DNA of 25,438 nucleotides from Candidatus Heimdallarchaeota archaeon (GCA_019057375.1 DXJF01000140.1:1-25438), one strand, 5' to 3'; positions 16,801 through 25,127 are shown, numbered from the stretch's first letter. Made by a program: numbers and translations. Notes: generated from the sequence alone by a model not told the origin.

Positions 16801-16865
16801 CAGGATACCCTAAAAAAGAGCTTTTAGAACAACTGGAAATGAATAATTTTATCAGAGATAATTAA
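13863..16865 (+). CDS. Fusion of an iron-containing alcohol dehydrogenase (N-terminal ~380 aa) and a W/Mo aldehyde:ferredoxin oxidoreductase (C-terminal ~620 aa)
   Basis: ADH: GGGSVID, IPTTSGTGS, DVLAHAIE, HALAH, IPHG. AOR: GYREVILRVNLT, SPLTG, GRTGLGAVMGSKKLKAI, CYRCPIGC, PEYET, DTIS, HDPR, RGACH. Single open frame; ATG at 13863. Confidence 0.9.
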   Translation: MWFYCAPRKIVFGEDSIEELNEIQGQSALIVTDKVLLDLKIPQKAIEILENNGFKTTIFDQVSYEPSIPMAKAGAEIATQEQVDWIVAIGGGSVIDCAKAIWVYYENPDMSIDSVFPEDPLPLREKARLITIPTTSGTGSDANWAIVITDPETKQKLSVGHRDLIPDIDIVDPSLTLKLPPKLTASTGIDVLAHAIEAYTIEWKNDFADAMALQAIKLVFEYLPKAVEDGQNIEYREKMHNAATMAGIAIGNSQIGGTHALAHSAGAVLKIPHGEIIAVSLPHMMKYCSEKEKTEKHYSEIAHAIGIKFDSEQEGSEKLIHKVEELIDEIGLKTNLRGFGVTKKILEENMQLLSDFALNDTGSIVNPREITSEALKSMFYDMLGELTGGYREVILRVNLTTKQVSQEPLDLEGAKMFIGGSGLGAHYYFKFLNTKNVDALSPENILIFMTGPLTGLPTSCAGRFSVCSRSPLTGFWGEANSGGQFGPELKFAGYDGIIIEGVSEKPVYILIEDDKIEIRDASELWGMGTYAAHEKILNELGDKSFKIACIGKGGENLVKYASIMNDEGRAAGRTGLGAVMGSKKLKAIAVKGTNKEFPLPKEFDEKSKEAYETIKEDFFVELTGELGTAAYVDVAMDMYGDMPIRNWSESKFEESSKISGAAMKETILVGRYSCYRCPIGCGRIIEIPEGKYKLPRTKGPEYETIAAFGTNLKIGDLEALSFANYKANDYGLDTISAGTTIGVLLDLVSKNFIPKEALPEGIDLSFGNIETLFALLDLIVERKGIGKLLAEGSKVLAENFLYSALAPQVAGLEVPFHDPRAFSGWAIQYLTSPRGACHNNGDAYMVQQGLTFPELEIDDLPDSRFEDSGIAKQMARLQSYRQLYNAMTICVFYNPPAPIVADLLGMAVNRRYTSEDLILLGDRIYALKRLVNLRLGWKPELQVLPNVMRQRLDGPTEGNIPNFTIQLKEWYEYRNYDIETGYPKKELLEQLEMNNFIRDN

Positions 16866-16923
16866 GCATTTGGTATTTGAAAACATCTAAATAATATGAA
16901 CGCAAAATGGATGTTGATTAAAA

Positions 16924-17763
16924 ATGTCTGTGGATTCTAAAGAAGATGTTATTGATTTCAAAGCTTTATCGAATCCGACCAGACGTAGTATTCTTGAATA
17001 CATTGCTGATATGGAATGGGTTACCTACACACAGCTTACAGAAAAATTTGAGCTTAAGTCGGGTCCTCTTTACTACCATTTGAGACAAATCAAACTATTT
17101 GTTTACCAAGATGAACATAAGAAATATTATCTAACTGAAGAAGGAAAAAAAGCTATTGAAATTATTCAAGGAAGTAATGATCAAAAAGTAGAGATCGTAT
17201 ATCGAGAAAAAGAAGAAGAACACAAAGTCTTCAGTATAGGTAAATTTTCTCTTGCCAAATTCATTAGATTCTTTGCAAAAAATCCAATTCACACCTTGAT
17301 AGAGTTTATTATTTTAGCTGGTGTGAGTGTATTTATCGGTTCAGGAAACAAAATTCTGATAGTAGGTAATTTTGTCGTTCCTCTAGAAGTACCCATTTGG
17401 CTAGCTTATGTAAGTCTAATTGGAAGTTGGTTATTTATTGGAGGTTTCGCTGAACTTCTGAGTAGATTTGGATACAAGAAAAAGCAAAAACCCTTCACCT
17501 TACTGAATGTTAGTAATCTGGTTTTTCTACCATCATTTCTTTTTATTCTTATAGTGGCATTAGTGGGAGCAGCTAGTGGAGCAACAGTCTTAGTTCCTTC
17601 AATAGTTTTGTTAATTCTTCACGGAGTATTTCAGATTTGGAGCTTTCTAGTACTAATTACAGCTTTGGGTGAAATCAAAGAACTCTCAATTAATAAATCT
17701 GCATTAATTGCAATGTTTGTTAGCTACGCCCAGATTATCGCATTAATTTTTATCCTTTTGTAG
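16924..17763 (+). CDS. ArsR-like winged-helix regulator fused to a multi-pass membrane domain
   Basis: ALSNPTRRSILEYI...GPLYYHLRQI...YYLTEEG followed by about 5 TM segments. Confidence 0.78.
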   Translation: MSVDSKEDVIDFKALSNPTRRSILEYIADMEWVTYTQLTEKFELKSGPLYYHLRQIKLFVYQDEHKKYYLTEEGKKAIEIIQGSNDQKVEIVYREKEEEHKVFSIGKFSLAKFIRFFAKNPIHTLIEFIILAGVSVFIGSGNKILIVGNFVVPLEVPIWLAYVSLIGSWLFIGGFAELLSRFGYKKKQKPFTLLNVSNLVFLPSFLFILIVALVGAASGATVLVPSIVLLILHGVFQIWSFLVLITALGEIKELSINKSALIAMFVSYAQIIALIFILL

Positions 17764-17803
17764 AAGACCTTAGAAGTTAGCTAGGGATAGTAAAAACAAA
17801 TTC

Positions 17804-17856
17804 CTACATAAAACTATAGGAAAAAACTACAATTTGGTATAAACTCACTTATTTAA
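17804..17856 (+). promoter_or_regulatory. Tandem operator CTACA-N6-TATAG / CTACA-N6-TATAA (23-bp period) followed by a TATA-like box
   Basis: Sites at 17804-17819 and 17827-17842; TTATTTAA at 17849-17856; same geometry at 18985-19037. Confidence 0.65.
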
Positions 17857-17901
17857 CAAACAATCATCATAAAAAGTTTAACCAAAAAACGGTGTTCAAA
17901 A

Positions 17902-18942
17902 ATGAAGGCACAAATTAAAACACAAAAACTGGTTCTGGGTGGCTTTTTAGCCTTGCTAGTCATTTCATCTTTTATCTATATGCCTATTTATGCAGATAGT
18001 CATGAAGATGATGAAGATGAAGATGGCATAGATGATGAATACGAAAATGAGAATGAGAGAGAAGTCAAAATTGAGATTTCTGCTAATGAAGTAAAAATAG
18101 AATCATCTCTGGAAAGAGATGGAGGCTTCGAGAATGAATTTGAAGTAACAGTTAAAACTGGTCCTGAAGGCTTGGAATTAGAGTTGGAATTTGAAGAAGA
18201 GAATGACACTCTTGAAACAGAGATTGAATTCGAAGTAAAGTTCACAGAAATAGTAGAATACAGAGACACAGTGGTTGATGGATTATATTATGGTTCTGAC
18301 GATGAAACAATTCAAGTTTTAAAGCTAGATGATTTTAAACCAATTAATTATACAGTTGAAATTACTGGAACTGATACAGTACATGTATTTTATGTGGAAA
18401 CAGTCGATGAAGTATTCTCTGCTACTTTATATGTTTCAGGCGAATTCGCAAATATCAGCGATGTAATAGTTGCCCCTACTCAAGTAAAAATAGATGTCGG
18501 TATTCACAATTTCAATTACACTGAGGATGATTCTGTCTTAGCCCTAAAAGTCAAACTAGAATCTGAACTAGAAGTTGATTATGAAGAAGATGATGACACA
18601 GAAGATGAAGAACAAGGTCGTTCAAATGACTTCGAAGAATCTGAAGTTGATATAAGTTTAGGAGATTATGCAGGTTTCTTCTCATGGATTGAAACAGCAA
18701 TGGTCGATGGTGTTGAACAAGAAGTGAAAGCAACTCCTCTTGACATAAGTACTGAAGAAACTAAATTATATCTTAATTACCCACGAGGATCTGAAATTAT
18801 TCATGATCCTAAAATTGGACTGTCTGATTTATTACCAACAACTGGATTTTTAGGAAGCAACAATATGGCTTTCATTGCTCTAGCTGCATTGTTAGCCATA
18901 CCTGGATTAGCTTTACTTTTCAGAAAGAAAAATAGGAGATAA
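17902..18942 (+). CDS. Acidic secreted/surface protein with signal peptide and C-terminal TM anchor (paralog 1)
   Basis: N-terminal hydrophobic signal, D/E-rich segments (DEDEDGIDD), conserved YPRGxxIxHDPKxG, C-terminal TM plus RKKNRR. Confidence 0.75.
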   Translation: MKAQIKTQKLVLGGFLALLVISSFIYMPIYADSHEDDEDEDGIDDEYENENEREVKIEISANEVKIESSLERDGGFENEFEVTVKTGPEGLELELEFEEENDTLETEIEFEVKFTEIVEYRDTVVDGLYYGSDDETIQVLKLDDFKPINYTVEITGTDTVHVFYVETVDEVFSATLYVSGEFANISDVIVAPTQVKIDVGIHNFNYTEDDSVLALKVKLESELEVDYEEDDDTEDEEQGRSNDFEESEVDISLGDYAGFFSWIETAMVDGVEQEVKATPLDISTEETKLYLNYPRGSEIIHDPKIGLSDLLPTTGFLGSNNMAFIALAALLAIPGLALLFRKKNRR

Positions 18943-18984
18943 TACTCCTTCATTATTTTTTTTATAAAGTTTAAGGGAAGGGAG

Positions 18985-19037
18985 CTACACAAGTTTATAG
19001 CTGAAAACTACAAAAAAATGTAAGTGAAAGTATAAAT
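18985..19037 (+). promoter_or_regulatory. Tandem operator CTACA-N6-TATAG / CTACA-N6-TGTAA (23-bp period) followed by a TATA-like box
   Basis: Sites at 18985-19000 and 19008-19023; GTATAAAT at 19030-19037. Confidence 0.65.
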
Positions 19038-19077
19038 CAAAAAAAAACAAGTTAAGTATAGAAAAAAAGGTTACAAA

Positions 19078-20229
19078 ATGAGATCTAATCTAATACATAA
19101 AAGAAAACTGCTTCTGGGAGGACTTTTCGTTATGCTAGTTTTCTCAACATTTCTTTATTTACCAATTCAAGCAAGTGATGACGACGAAACTGATGATGAC
19201 GACGACGACGATGATGGTATACACGACGATGAAGAATTAATCAATGAACGAGAACTTCAGATAGATGTTGATGATTACGAAGCACAAATTCGATCTCGGT
19301 TGAAAACTGGTGAAGTTAAGAACGAAATTGAAATAGATATTGAAACTGAACATGAAGATGAAGATGATGAGGATTATGGACTTGAAATCAAATTCAAATT
19401 CAAACATGATAGTGATGATCTTGATGCTAAGCTCAAGTTCAAAATCATAATACAAGATATTATTGAATTCATTGATCAAGATGCTGATGGCATCTATACT
19501 GAATCAGAGGATCTATTAGTTCAACTTTATAAGTTAGATTCTTTTAAGCCATTTGAATATCAACTTCTCAATGATGCTGGAACAGATATCCATATGCTTG
19601 TTGCTGAAACAACTGATGGTGTTTTCAACGCAAGTATCTATATGGTAGGTGAATTTGCCCTAGTTGATGGAAATTTAATTTCACCAACACAAGTAAAATT
19701 TGATCTGGGAATCTATAATTTCGGTTATCTTGAACCTACTTCCCAATTAGCTATGAAAATCATGTTAAAAGATAAAATAGAAGATGAAGACGAAGACGAA
19801 GATGATGATGATACTGATTTGGAAGAAGAAGAAGAAGTTGAAGAAGATGTTGAAACTGAAGACGAAGAACTTGGACGATCTTTAGATGAGATTGGTGTTC
19901 AATTTCTGGATACAGATATAACTGGTTTCTTCACATGGTTCCAATATGCTAACATTGATGGTGTTAACACAGCAATAGAAGCTTCTCCTGTAAGACATGA
20001 TGATGACGATAAATGGATGTTCCTGAATTACCCCAGAGGAGATATAATCGTTCACGACCCCAAAGTAGGTGTAGAAGGAGTACTCGAAACTACAGGTTGG
20101 CTCTTAGGCTCAAGATTTTGGGTAGATTTACCCAGTCTGTCTAGAAATGAGCTCCTTATTGTTTCAGCAATCACTCTGTTTGCCTTAACAGGTTTAGTTT
20201 TGGTCTTTAGAAGAAAAAGAACTGCTTAA
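19078..20229 (+). CDS. Acidic secreted/surface protein with signal peptide and C-terminal TM anchor (paralog 2)
   Basis: Collinear with 17902-18942 (KLLLGG signal, NERE, PTQVKxDxGIxNF, GFFxW, YPRG..HDPK); poly-Asp/Glu tracts; C-terminal TM plus RRKR. Confidence 0.75.
   Translation: MRSNLIHKRKLLLGGLFVMLVFSTFLYLPIQASDDDETDDDDDDDDGIHDDEELINERELQIDVDDYEAQIRSRLKTGEVKNEIEIDIETEHEDEDDEDYGLEIKFKFKHDSDDLDAKLKFKIIIQDIIEFIDQDADGIYTESEDLLVQLYKLDSFKPFEYQLLNDAGTDIHMLVAETTDGVFNASIYMVGEFALVDGNLISPTQVKFDLGIYNFGYLEPTSQLAMKIMLKDKIEDEDEDEDDDDTDLEEEEEVEEDVETEDEELGRSLDEIGVQFLDTDITGFFTWFQYANIDGVNTAIEASPVRHDDDDKWMFLNYPRGDIIVHDPKVGVEGVLETTGWLLGSRFWVDLPSLSRNELLIVSAITLFALTGLVLVFRRKRTA
19177..19233 (+). repeat. Coding GAY/GAA trinucleotide run (poly-Asp)
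   Basis: gatgacgacgaaactgatgatgacgacgacgacgatgat...; a second acidic run lies at about 19780-19870. Confidence 0.6.
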
Positions 20230-20268
20230 TTGTATGAGAGTTAGCCATTCTCTCATACCCTCCTTTAC

Positions 20269-21084
20269 TTATTCTTTTTTACAACATACATTCAAAATTG
20301 TGTGGGAGTGACCACCTTTTACTGGATATTCTTCCCATTGATGTGTAGATTTTTTATCTATGACTAAACCAGCAGATTTGATATGGTCTTCTATGGAATT
20401 TAACCAAAATAATGATTTTTTACACGCCTCCCCTTCAGGTAAACGTTCAATTGGTGTAGAGATTATCAATTGCCCATTTTTATTGAGCATTTGTCGTAGA
20501 ACTTGAATAGAAATTCCAGCAGCTTCATCATTCAACTTTTGCATTAGCTCAAAGAATGAATCATACTGTTTATTGAATCTAGGACAGTATTTAGTGAAAA
20601 TTGGCATCAAATAATAGTCCATTATTCCTAAATGGGTGACGAGATCATATCTTTCACCTTGATATGTGATATCAGGCAGTTCAAAATTAGTAAATGAATC
20701 AAGTATCTTCTTCTCTGGTATTTCCCCTTGTTCAAATTTTTCAAAAATTTCACATATTGAAGTTACGAACCCCATAGTATTATCAAATCTATGAACTTCT
20801 ACAGTTTTGAAATCATATACTGAAGCGAGGTGAATCCTAGCTCTTTTTAAAGCTTCACGATTGATATCTAGAAGAGAGATATTCGCAACACGATTAAGAA
20901 TTTTATCATCTATTTCAGGAACTCTGTTTGTAACTCCAATAAATCCCCAATGATTAGTCTTCATTGGTAAACAAGATAAAATAAACTCTTTTACTTGATT
21001 GTAGTGAAAATCCCATTCTTTCTTGTAGAGAGAATAGTTCTTTTCGAACTCATCCATCCATTCTTTATTCATTTTTTCTTGCAT
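20269..21084 (-). CDS. Hypothetical protein with a possible degenerate class I SAM-methyltransferase fold
   Basis: SLLDINREALKRA, YDLVTHLG and LNKNGQLIISTP resemble later MTase motifs; the glycine-rich motif I is poor. Confidence 0.5.
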   Translation of the reverse strand: MQEKMNKEWMDEFEKNYSLYKKEWDFHYNQVKEFILSCLPMKTNHWGFIGVTNRVPEIDDKILNRVANISLLDINREALKRARIHLASVYDFKTVEVHRFDNTMGFVTSICEIFEKFEQGEIPEKKILDSFTNFELPDITYQGERYDLVTHLGIMDYYLMPIFTKYCPRFNKQYDSFFELMQKLNDEAAGISIQVLRQMLNKNGQLIISTPIERLPEGEACKKSLFWLNSIEDHIKSAGLVIDKKSTHQWEEYPVKGGHSHTILNVCCKKE

Positions 21085-21193
21085 TAATTCCTCATAAAAT
21101 TGGTATATTAAGAGTTTTATGGATGAAAGTTACCTTGAGAAAAATTCAATAAGTCTAATACTTTTCCTCAAAATATAAAGAAGAAGTGACACA

Positions 21194-21799
21194 ATGGACA
21201 TTTACATCATTCGACATGGAGAAACTGCATTTAATGTGGGTGAAGAAAGGATAAGAGGGAGAAAAGATATCCCCTTGTCTGATTTTGGAATACAACATGC
21301 TGAGGAAGTAGGCAAAAAACTTACGAAAATTCCTATAGAAAAAATATATCACAGTAAACTATCCAGAACAAAGGTTACAGCTGAAAAAATACTTCAAAAC
21401 CAAAATAATGCGGAAATCGTAGAAGAACCATTATTACTAGATATCTCATTTGGAGAGTGGGAAGGAAAAAAAGGTAAAGATGTTTTTACTGAAGAACTAC
21501 AAAAGCAGTGGAAAACCAATCCAAATGATGTTTTAATACCAGGAGGAGAAACATTTTATCAAGTACTAGACAGACTCCACAGATTATTTTTGAGATTAAG
21601 AAAACAAACAGAAAAAACTATAGCATTAGTTACTCATGGAGCAGTCATCAATTTAATTTTTGTTTATTTAACTGAAACACATCCTTCACATTATTGGGAT
21701 TTTTATGTTAAACCATGTTCCATTAGTCACATAAAACTATATGAAAATGGAAAAATCTCTATAGTCAAATTCAATGATACTCAGCATTTAACTGAATAA
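21194..21799 (+). CDS. Histidine phosphatase family protein (phosphoglycerate mutase-like)
   Basis: RHGET, SFGEWEG, PGGET and VTHG motifs. Confidence 0.92.
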   Translation: MDIYIIRHGETAFNVGEERIRGRKDIPLSDFGIQHAEEVGKKLTKIPIEKIYHSKLSRTKVTAEKILQNQNNAEIVEEPLLLDISFGEWEGKKGKDVFTEELQKQWKTNPNDVLIPGGETFYQVLDRLHRLFLRLRKQTEKTIALVTHGAVINLIFVYLTETHPSHYWDFYVKPCSISHIKLYENGKISIVKFNDTQHLTE

Positions 21800-21882
21800 T
21801 AGCATTACAAAAAATCGATTGACCATTCTTCAAATTGTTCAATAGAAATTCTTATAGATAAAATTAGAAAAACTTGCATGAC

Positions 21883-22314
21883 ATGTCGGATATTGTAAAT
21901 GAAACAAAGAAATATTGGGAAAACGATTTTAATTGCTCAATTGCAGCTGCTTGTGGAATTCTCAATTACTATGGATACAAGAATCATTCAAAAACTATGA
22001 AGAAAGCACTACTTCCATTTGGTGGAGGTATAGGTGAAAGATCTGTTTGTGGGGCAGTAACTGGTGCTTTAGCTGGTTTAAGTTCAGTATTACATGAGAA
22101 AGTGCTAGATAAAGATTCAATTTATGATTTGTCTAAAAGGTTTAAAGAAAGATTCAAGGAAGAAATAGGAACTCTCTACTGTAGAGAAATAATACATGAT
22201 TTCATTTCACAAGATGGTTCAGTTGACATGGAAGATCCTAAAAGAAGAAACTCTTGTGATAAGTCCGTATATAAAGCAGTTACTATTATAAAAGAAATAA
22301 TAGATGCTTTGTAG
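21883..22314 (+). CDS. C-GCAxxG-C-C family putative redox protein
   Basis: FNCS, GGG..SVCGAVTGA, CREI and terminal C; ATG at 21883. Confidence 0.85.
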   Translation: MSDIVNETKKYWENDFNCSIAAACGILNYYGYKNHSKTMKKALLPFGGGIGERSVCGAVTGALAGLSSVLHEKVLDKDSIYDLSKRFKERFKEEIGTLYCREIIHDFISQDGSVDMEDPKRRNSCDKSVYKAVTIIKEIIDAL

Positions 22315-22338
22315 CATCTAAAATAATTTCTAAATTTC

Positions 22339-23511
22339 TTAAATTGCTGTTACGATTACATTTCCGGTATCAGTAGTTAGTGTGAATCTGTATATGTTTT
22401 CAGCAGTAGAATAAGCGGAATTTTCATAGTAGTCTCCAGAACCAGGTAGGTCAATATTTCCAGTTGCTGTATCTGCATTGATATTATAACCTATAGTTGA
22501 ATTGAAATTGAAAACACCACTAATACTACCTGTATCAGTATCTACATTAAACACTGCTGCATATTCATAAGGAAGAATAAGATTCTGGGTAATTGATAAT
22601 GTTATACTTCCAGTTTCTGTCTGAATGTCCCAAACAATGTCACCAGGAACAATTAAATCCTCATAAGTTAAGGAGATACCGCCTGTATCAGTTTCAACTA
22701 TAACTTCATTTGTATTTAGATAGGTTTGTTCGCCTAAGTTTAAATCTACTCTTCCAGTATCTGTATGTAACTCCAAATCCTGAATGGATGTATTGGCGGA
22801 ACCTACAAGGTTCATGAAAATTTTACCGGTATTAGTTATCATATTAATATTCGAGAAGTTTAACATATCAATTCCATTTGTGGAAACTGTAATAGTTCCT
22901 GTATCTGTATCTATTGTATAATTTGCATATACTGAGGGATGTAATCTTATATTTATATCATAATCAAACACTTTTTTATCCCAAAACCAAAAACTACGCT
23001 GTCCTGAGTTAAAACTTACAGTAATATGATCTGAACCATCCGCCGTACTAACAAAATTCTTCGCATCTGCTAAATCTGCTCCAGGTCGTCCTCTCACTTC
23101 TAATGTAGCTACCATCAATTTAGTCAATGTAGCATCATAGGTTATATCAAGAGAACCTACATCATTATCAATTTCTAAATCCATATTAGGAAAAGCTAAT
23201 GAGTTAACTTCAAAGTCTAAAGTTCCTATATCTGCAAAATTAATTACACCAAAAATACCCATGATGATAATTGGAACTACCATTAATGCAATCATTCCAA
23301 ACACAAATCCTAGTAGTTTAGGTCTTTGTCTGATAGGCCTGTAAGGGCGAGCTGGGCCGTATTTCTTAACTGATCCAGGATGAGGATCTGTCTTAACGGG
23401 CATAGCTGTAGGAACTCCTTGAACATCTTGTATACTTGCTCCACACATATGGCAAAAAACAGCCTCATCTGTTAAGTTAGTGCCACAATTAGTACAAAAT
23501 CTTTCACTCAT
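22339..23511 (-). CDS. Zinc-ribbon + TM + DUF4097-like beta-strand-repeat (putative adhesin) protein
   Basis: N-terminal CTNC...CHMC, one TM segment, and repeated TDTG/TNTG/TETG units. Confidence 0.75.
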   Translation of the reverse strand: MSERFCTNCGTNLTDEAVFCHMCGASIQDVQGVPTAMPVKTDPHPGSVKKYGPARPYRPIRQRPKLLGFVFGMIALMVVPIIIMGIFGVINFADIGTLDFEVNSLAFPNMDLEIDNDVGSLDITYDATLTKLMVATLEVRGRPGADLADAKNFVSTADGSDHITVSFNSGQRSFWFWDKKVFDYDINIRLHPSVYANYTIDTDTGTITVSTNGIDMLNFSNINMITNTGKIFMNLVGSANTSIQDLELHTDTGRVDLNLGEQTYLNTNEVIVETDTGGISLTYEDLIVPGDIVWDIQTETGSITLSITQNLILPYEYAAVFNVDTDTGSISGVFNFNSTIGYNINADTATGNIDLPGSGDYYENSAYSTAENIYRFTLTTDTGNVIVTAI

Positions 23512-23585
23512 AATTTATCACTTGTACGATAATTCTAAAATCAATTCAATCAAAGAAGATAATAAACATATCCAATTATCAAAAA

Positions 23586-23882
23586 TCATGAATCTTGAAG
23601 TTTTAGAACTATTTCCCTAAGTTCAAATATTCTTTCCATACACTTAGCTCTTTTTCTATTAACTTCATTGACAGCTGTTACTTGCCCTTCTCTCAACAGT
23701 TTCTCTGCTAGTCTTTGGTATTCTCTAGATTGAACTTCTAATTCCCTAAGTTCAAGAGAATGTCTTGTAAAATGTCCTTTGACGTTAAGATTCAAATCAT
23801 CATCGTAAGACATGTCGCGTCTGTAGTCAGTCTTATCATTCTTTTTGAACAGCATATCCGACACTAAATAAACAACGAACAT
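23586..23882 (-). CDS. Small hypothetical protein with a C-terminal coiled coil
   Basis: 98-aa ORF on the same strand as its neighbours; charged helical C-terminus; no recognised motif. Confidence 0.5.
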   Translation of the reverse strand: MFVVYLVSDMLFKKNDKTDYRRDMSYDDDLNLNVKGHFTRHSLELRELEVQSREYQRLAEKLLREGQVTAVNEVNRKRAKCMERIFELREIVLKLQDS

Positions 23883-23950
23883 TTAATTATCTTTCTAATA
23901 CCCAGAAATTTCATATCTAGACTTACTTCATTAGTATTTTCAAATTATTC

Positions 23951-24334
23951 TTATTTGTTTTCTTTAATTTTCATTGAAAACCAAGGAATAAATCTGCTTG
24001 TTTGTTTCTTATACGCAGCATATTCCAGATTATCTGACCACTTTTTCTCTAACATCGTTACACCAAAAACTCTTAACAAAAGATAAGTAATCATTATGGG
24101 ACTAATAATTGCAAACAAGGTATATGGATGAACAAGCGCAACTGGTATGAACATTATGAAAATACCTAACCAGAGTGTCATTTCTCCAAAATAATTAGGA
24201 TGACGAGTATATTTCCATAATCCTGTATTCATAATTTTACCTTTATTCTTAGGATTTTTCTTGAATAGAGACATTTGTAAATCTCCAATAGATTCAAATA
24301 AGAAACCTACAATCCAAATTCCAATGATAGATAG
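23951..24334 (-). pseudogene. 5'-truncated DUF1295 (steroid 5-alpha-reductase/ICMT-like) gene remnant
   Basis: GLWKYTRHPNYFGE signature. Homology continues in frame upstream of ATG 24274 (IIGIWIVGFLFESIGDLQ), but an in-frame TAA occurs near 24372 and the N-terminal half of the family is absent. Confidence 0.7.
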
Positions 24335-24388
24335 GGATTTAATAGCTTTAAAATAACTCTTTTGGAAGGGTTAAAAGATTGATGAGTA

Positions 24389-25048
24389 TTATGGGCGAAG
24401 TTGTTTTATCATTCTTTCCAAAGTATCTTCCTGCAAACCACAACTTACAAGATATTTCTTTATTCCACCTTCTTCTTCCACTTTGTCAAAAATATATTCC
24501 ATATCTTCACTTAAAGTGTATTCATCAGTTTCGAGATAATCTTGAATAATATTTGGTTCAGGAGCATTAAGTAATAATAATATCAAGCATGAAGTTATAC
24601 CAGTCCTGTCTCTTCCTGCAAAACAATGAATGATAGTCGAATAATTTTCTTCTTGGGATAAAATATTGAAAATTCTTCGAATTTGTGCTTTGTTGTAGTA
24701 CAGAGTATACCAACAGAATTGCTTGTAGAATGATAATTCAGTTTTTTCTTCCCTTAGAAGTACATCTGGGGGCATAGATATATCGATATGAACCCAATAA
24801 TAATTGAAGCTATTAACAAAGTCATCATTATATGAAGAATACCCAATCTCAACAGCAGATCTTAAATCAATTATGCTTCTAATTCCCAAATCTTTGAAAT
24901 CTTGAAGTAGTTCTGGTGATTGATGATCAATCGGTGAAGCAGATCTGTAGATAACGTGAGGTTTGATGTAACTCTGGTTAAAAATAACTAAATCTCGAAA
25001 ATTCTTTATTTGACTTTGAATTTTAGCTAATAGTTCAGCTTTCTCCAA
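24389..25048 (-). CDS. Tyrosine/lipid phosphatase (PtpB-like, CX5R)
   Basis: NFRDL, YRSA, IIDLRS, HCFAGRDRTG and DYLET motifs; TTG start. Confidence 0.9.
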   Translation of the reverse strand: MEKAELLAKIQSQIKNFRDLVIFNQSYIKPHVIYRSASPIDHQSPELLQDFKDLGIRSIIDLRSAVEIGYSSYNDDFVNSFNYYWVHIDISMPPDVLLREEKTELSFYKQFCWYTLYYNKAQIRRIFNILSQEENYSTIIHCFAGRDRTGITSCLILLLLNAPEPNIIQDYLETDEYTLSEDMEYIFDKVEEEGGIKKYLVSCGLQEDTLERMIKQLRP

Positions 25049-25127
25049 ATGAGGTTCCTCATCAATTCTGTATTATACTTATTATATTTATCAAAAAAAC
25101 ATCATATAAATTATTTGATAGAATTTT

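Noticed and set aside
19780-19870. GAA/GAT repeats as a non-coding satellite or contingency locus
   Set aside because: Mixed synonymous codons in frame encode an acidic linker; not a pure slippage tract.
11427-21352. Short alternate-frame ORFs (11427-11687, 14174-14395, 14768-14989, 15143-15352, 15458-15646, 16123-16326, 18000-18269, 18551-18733, 18801-18992, 19237-19479, 21155-21352)
   Set aside because: Antisense or overlapping shadows of real genes; the Ser- and Phe-rich ones mirror acidic codon runs.
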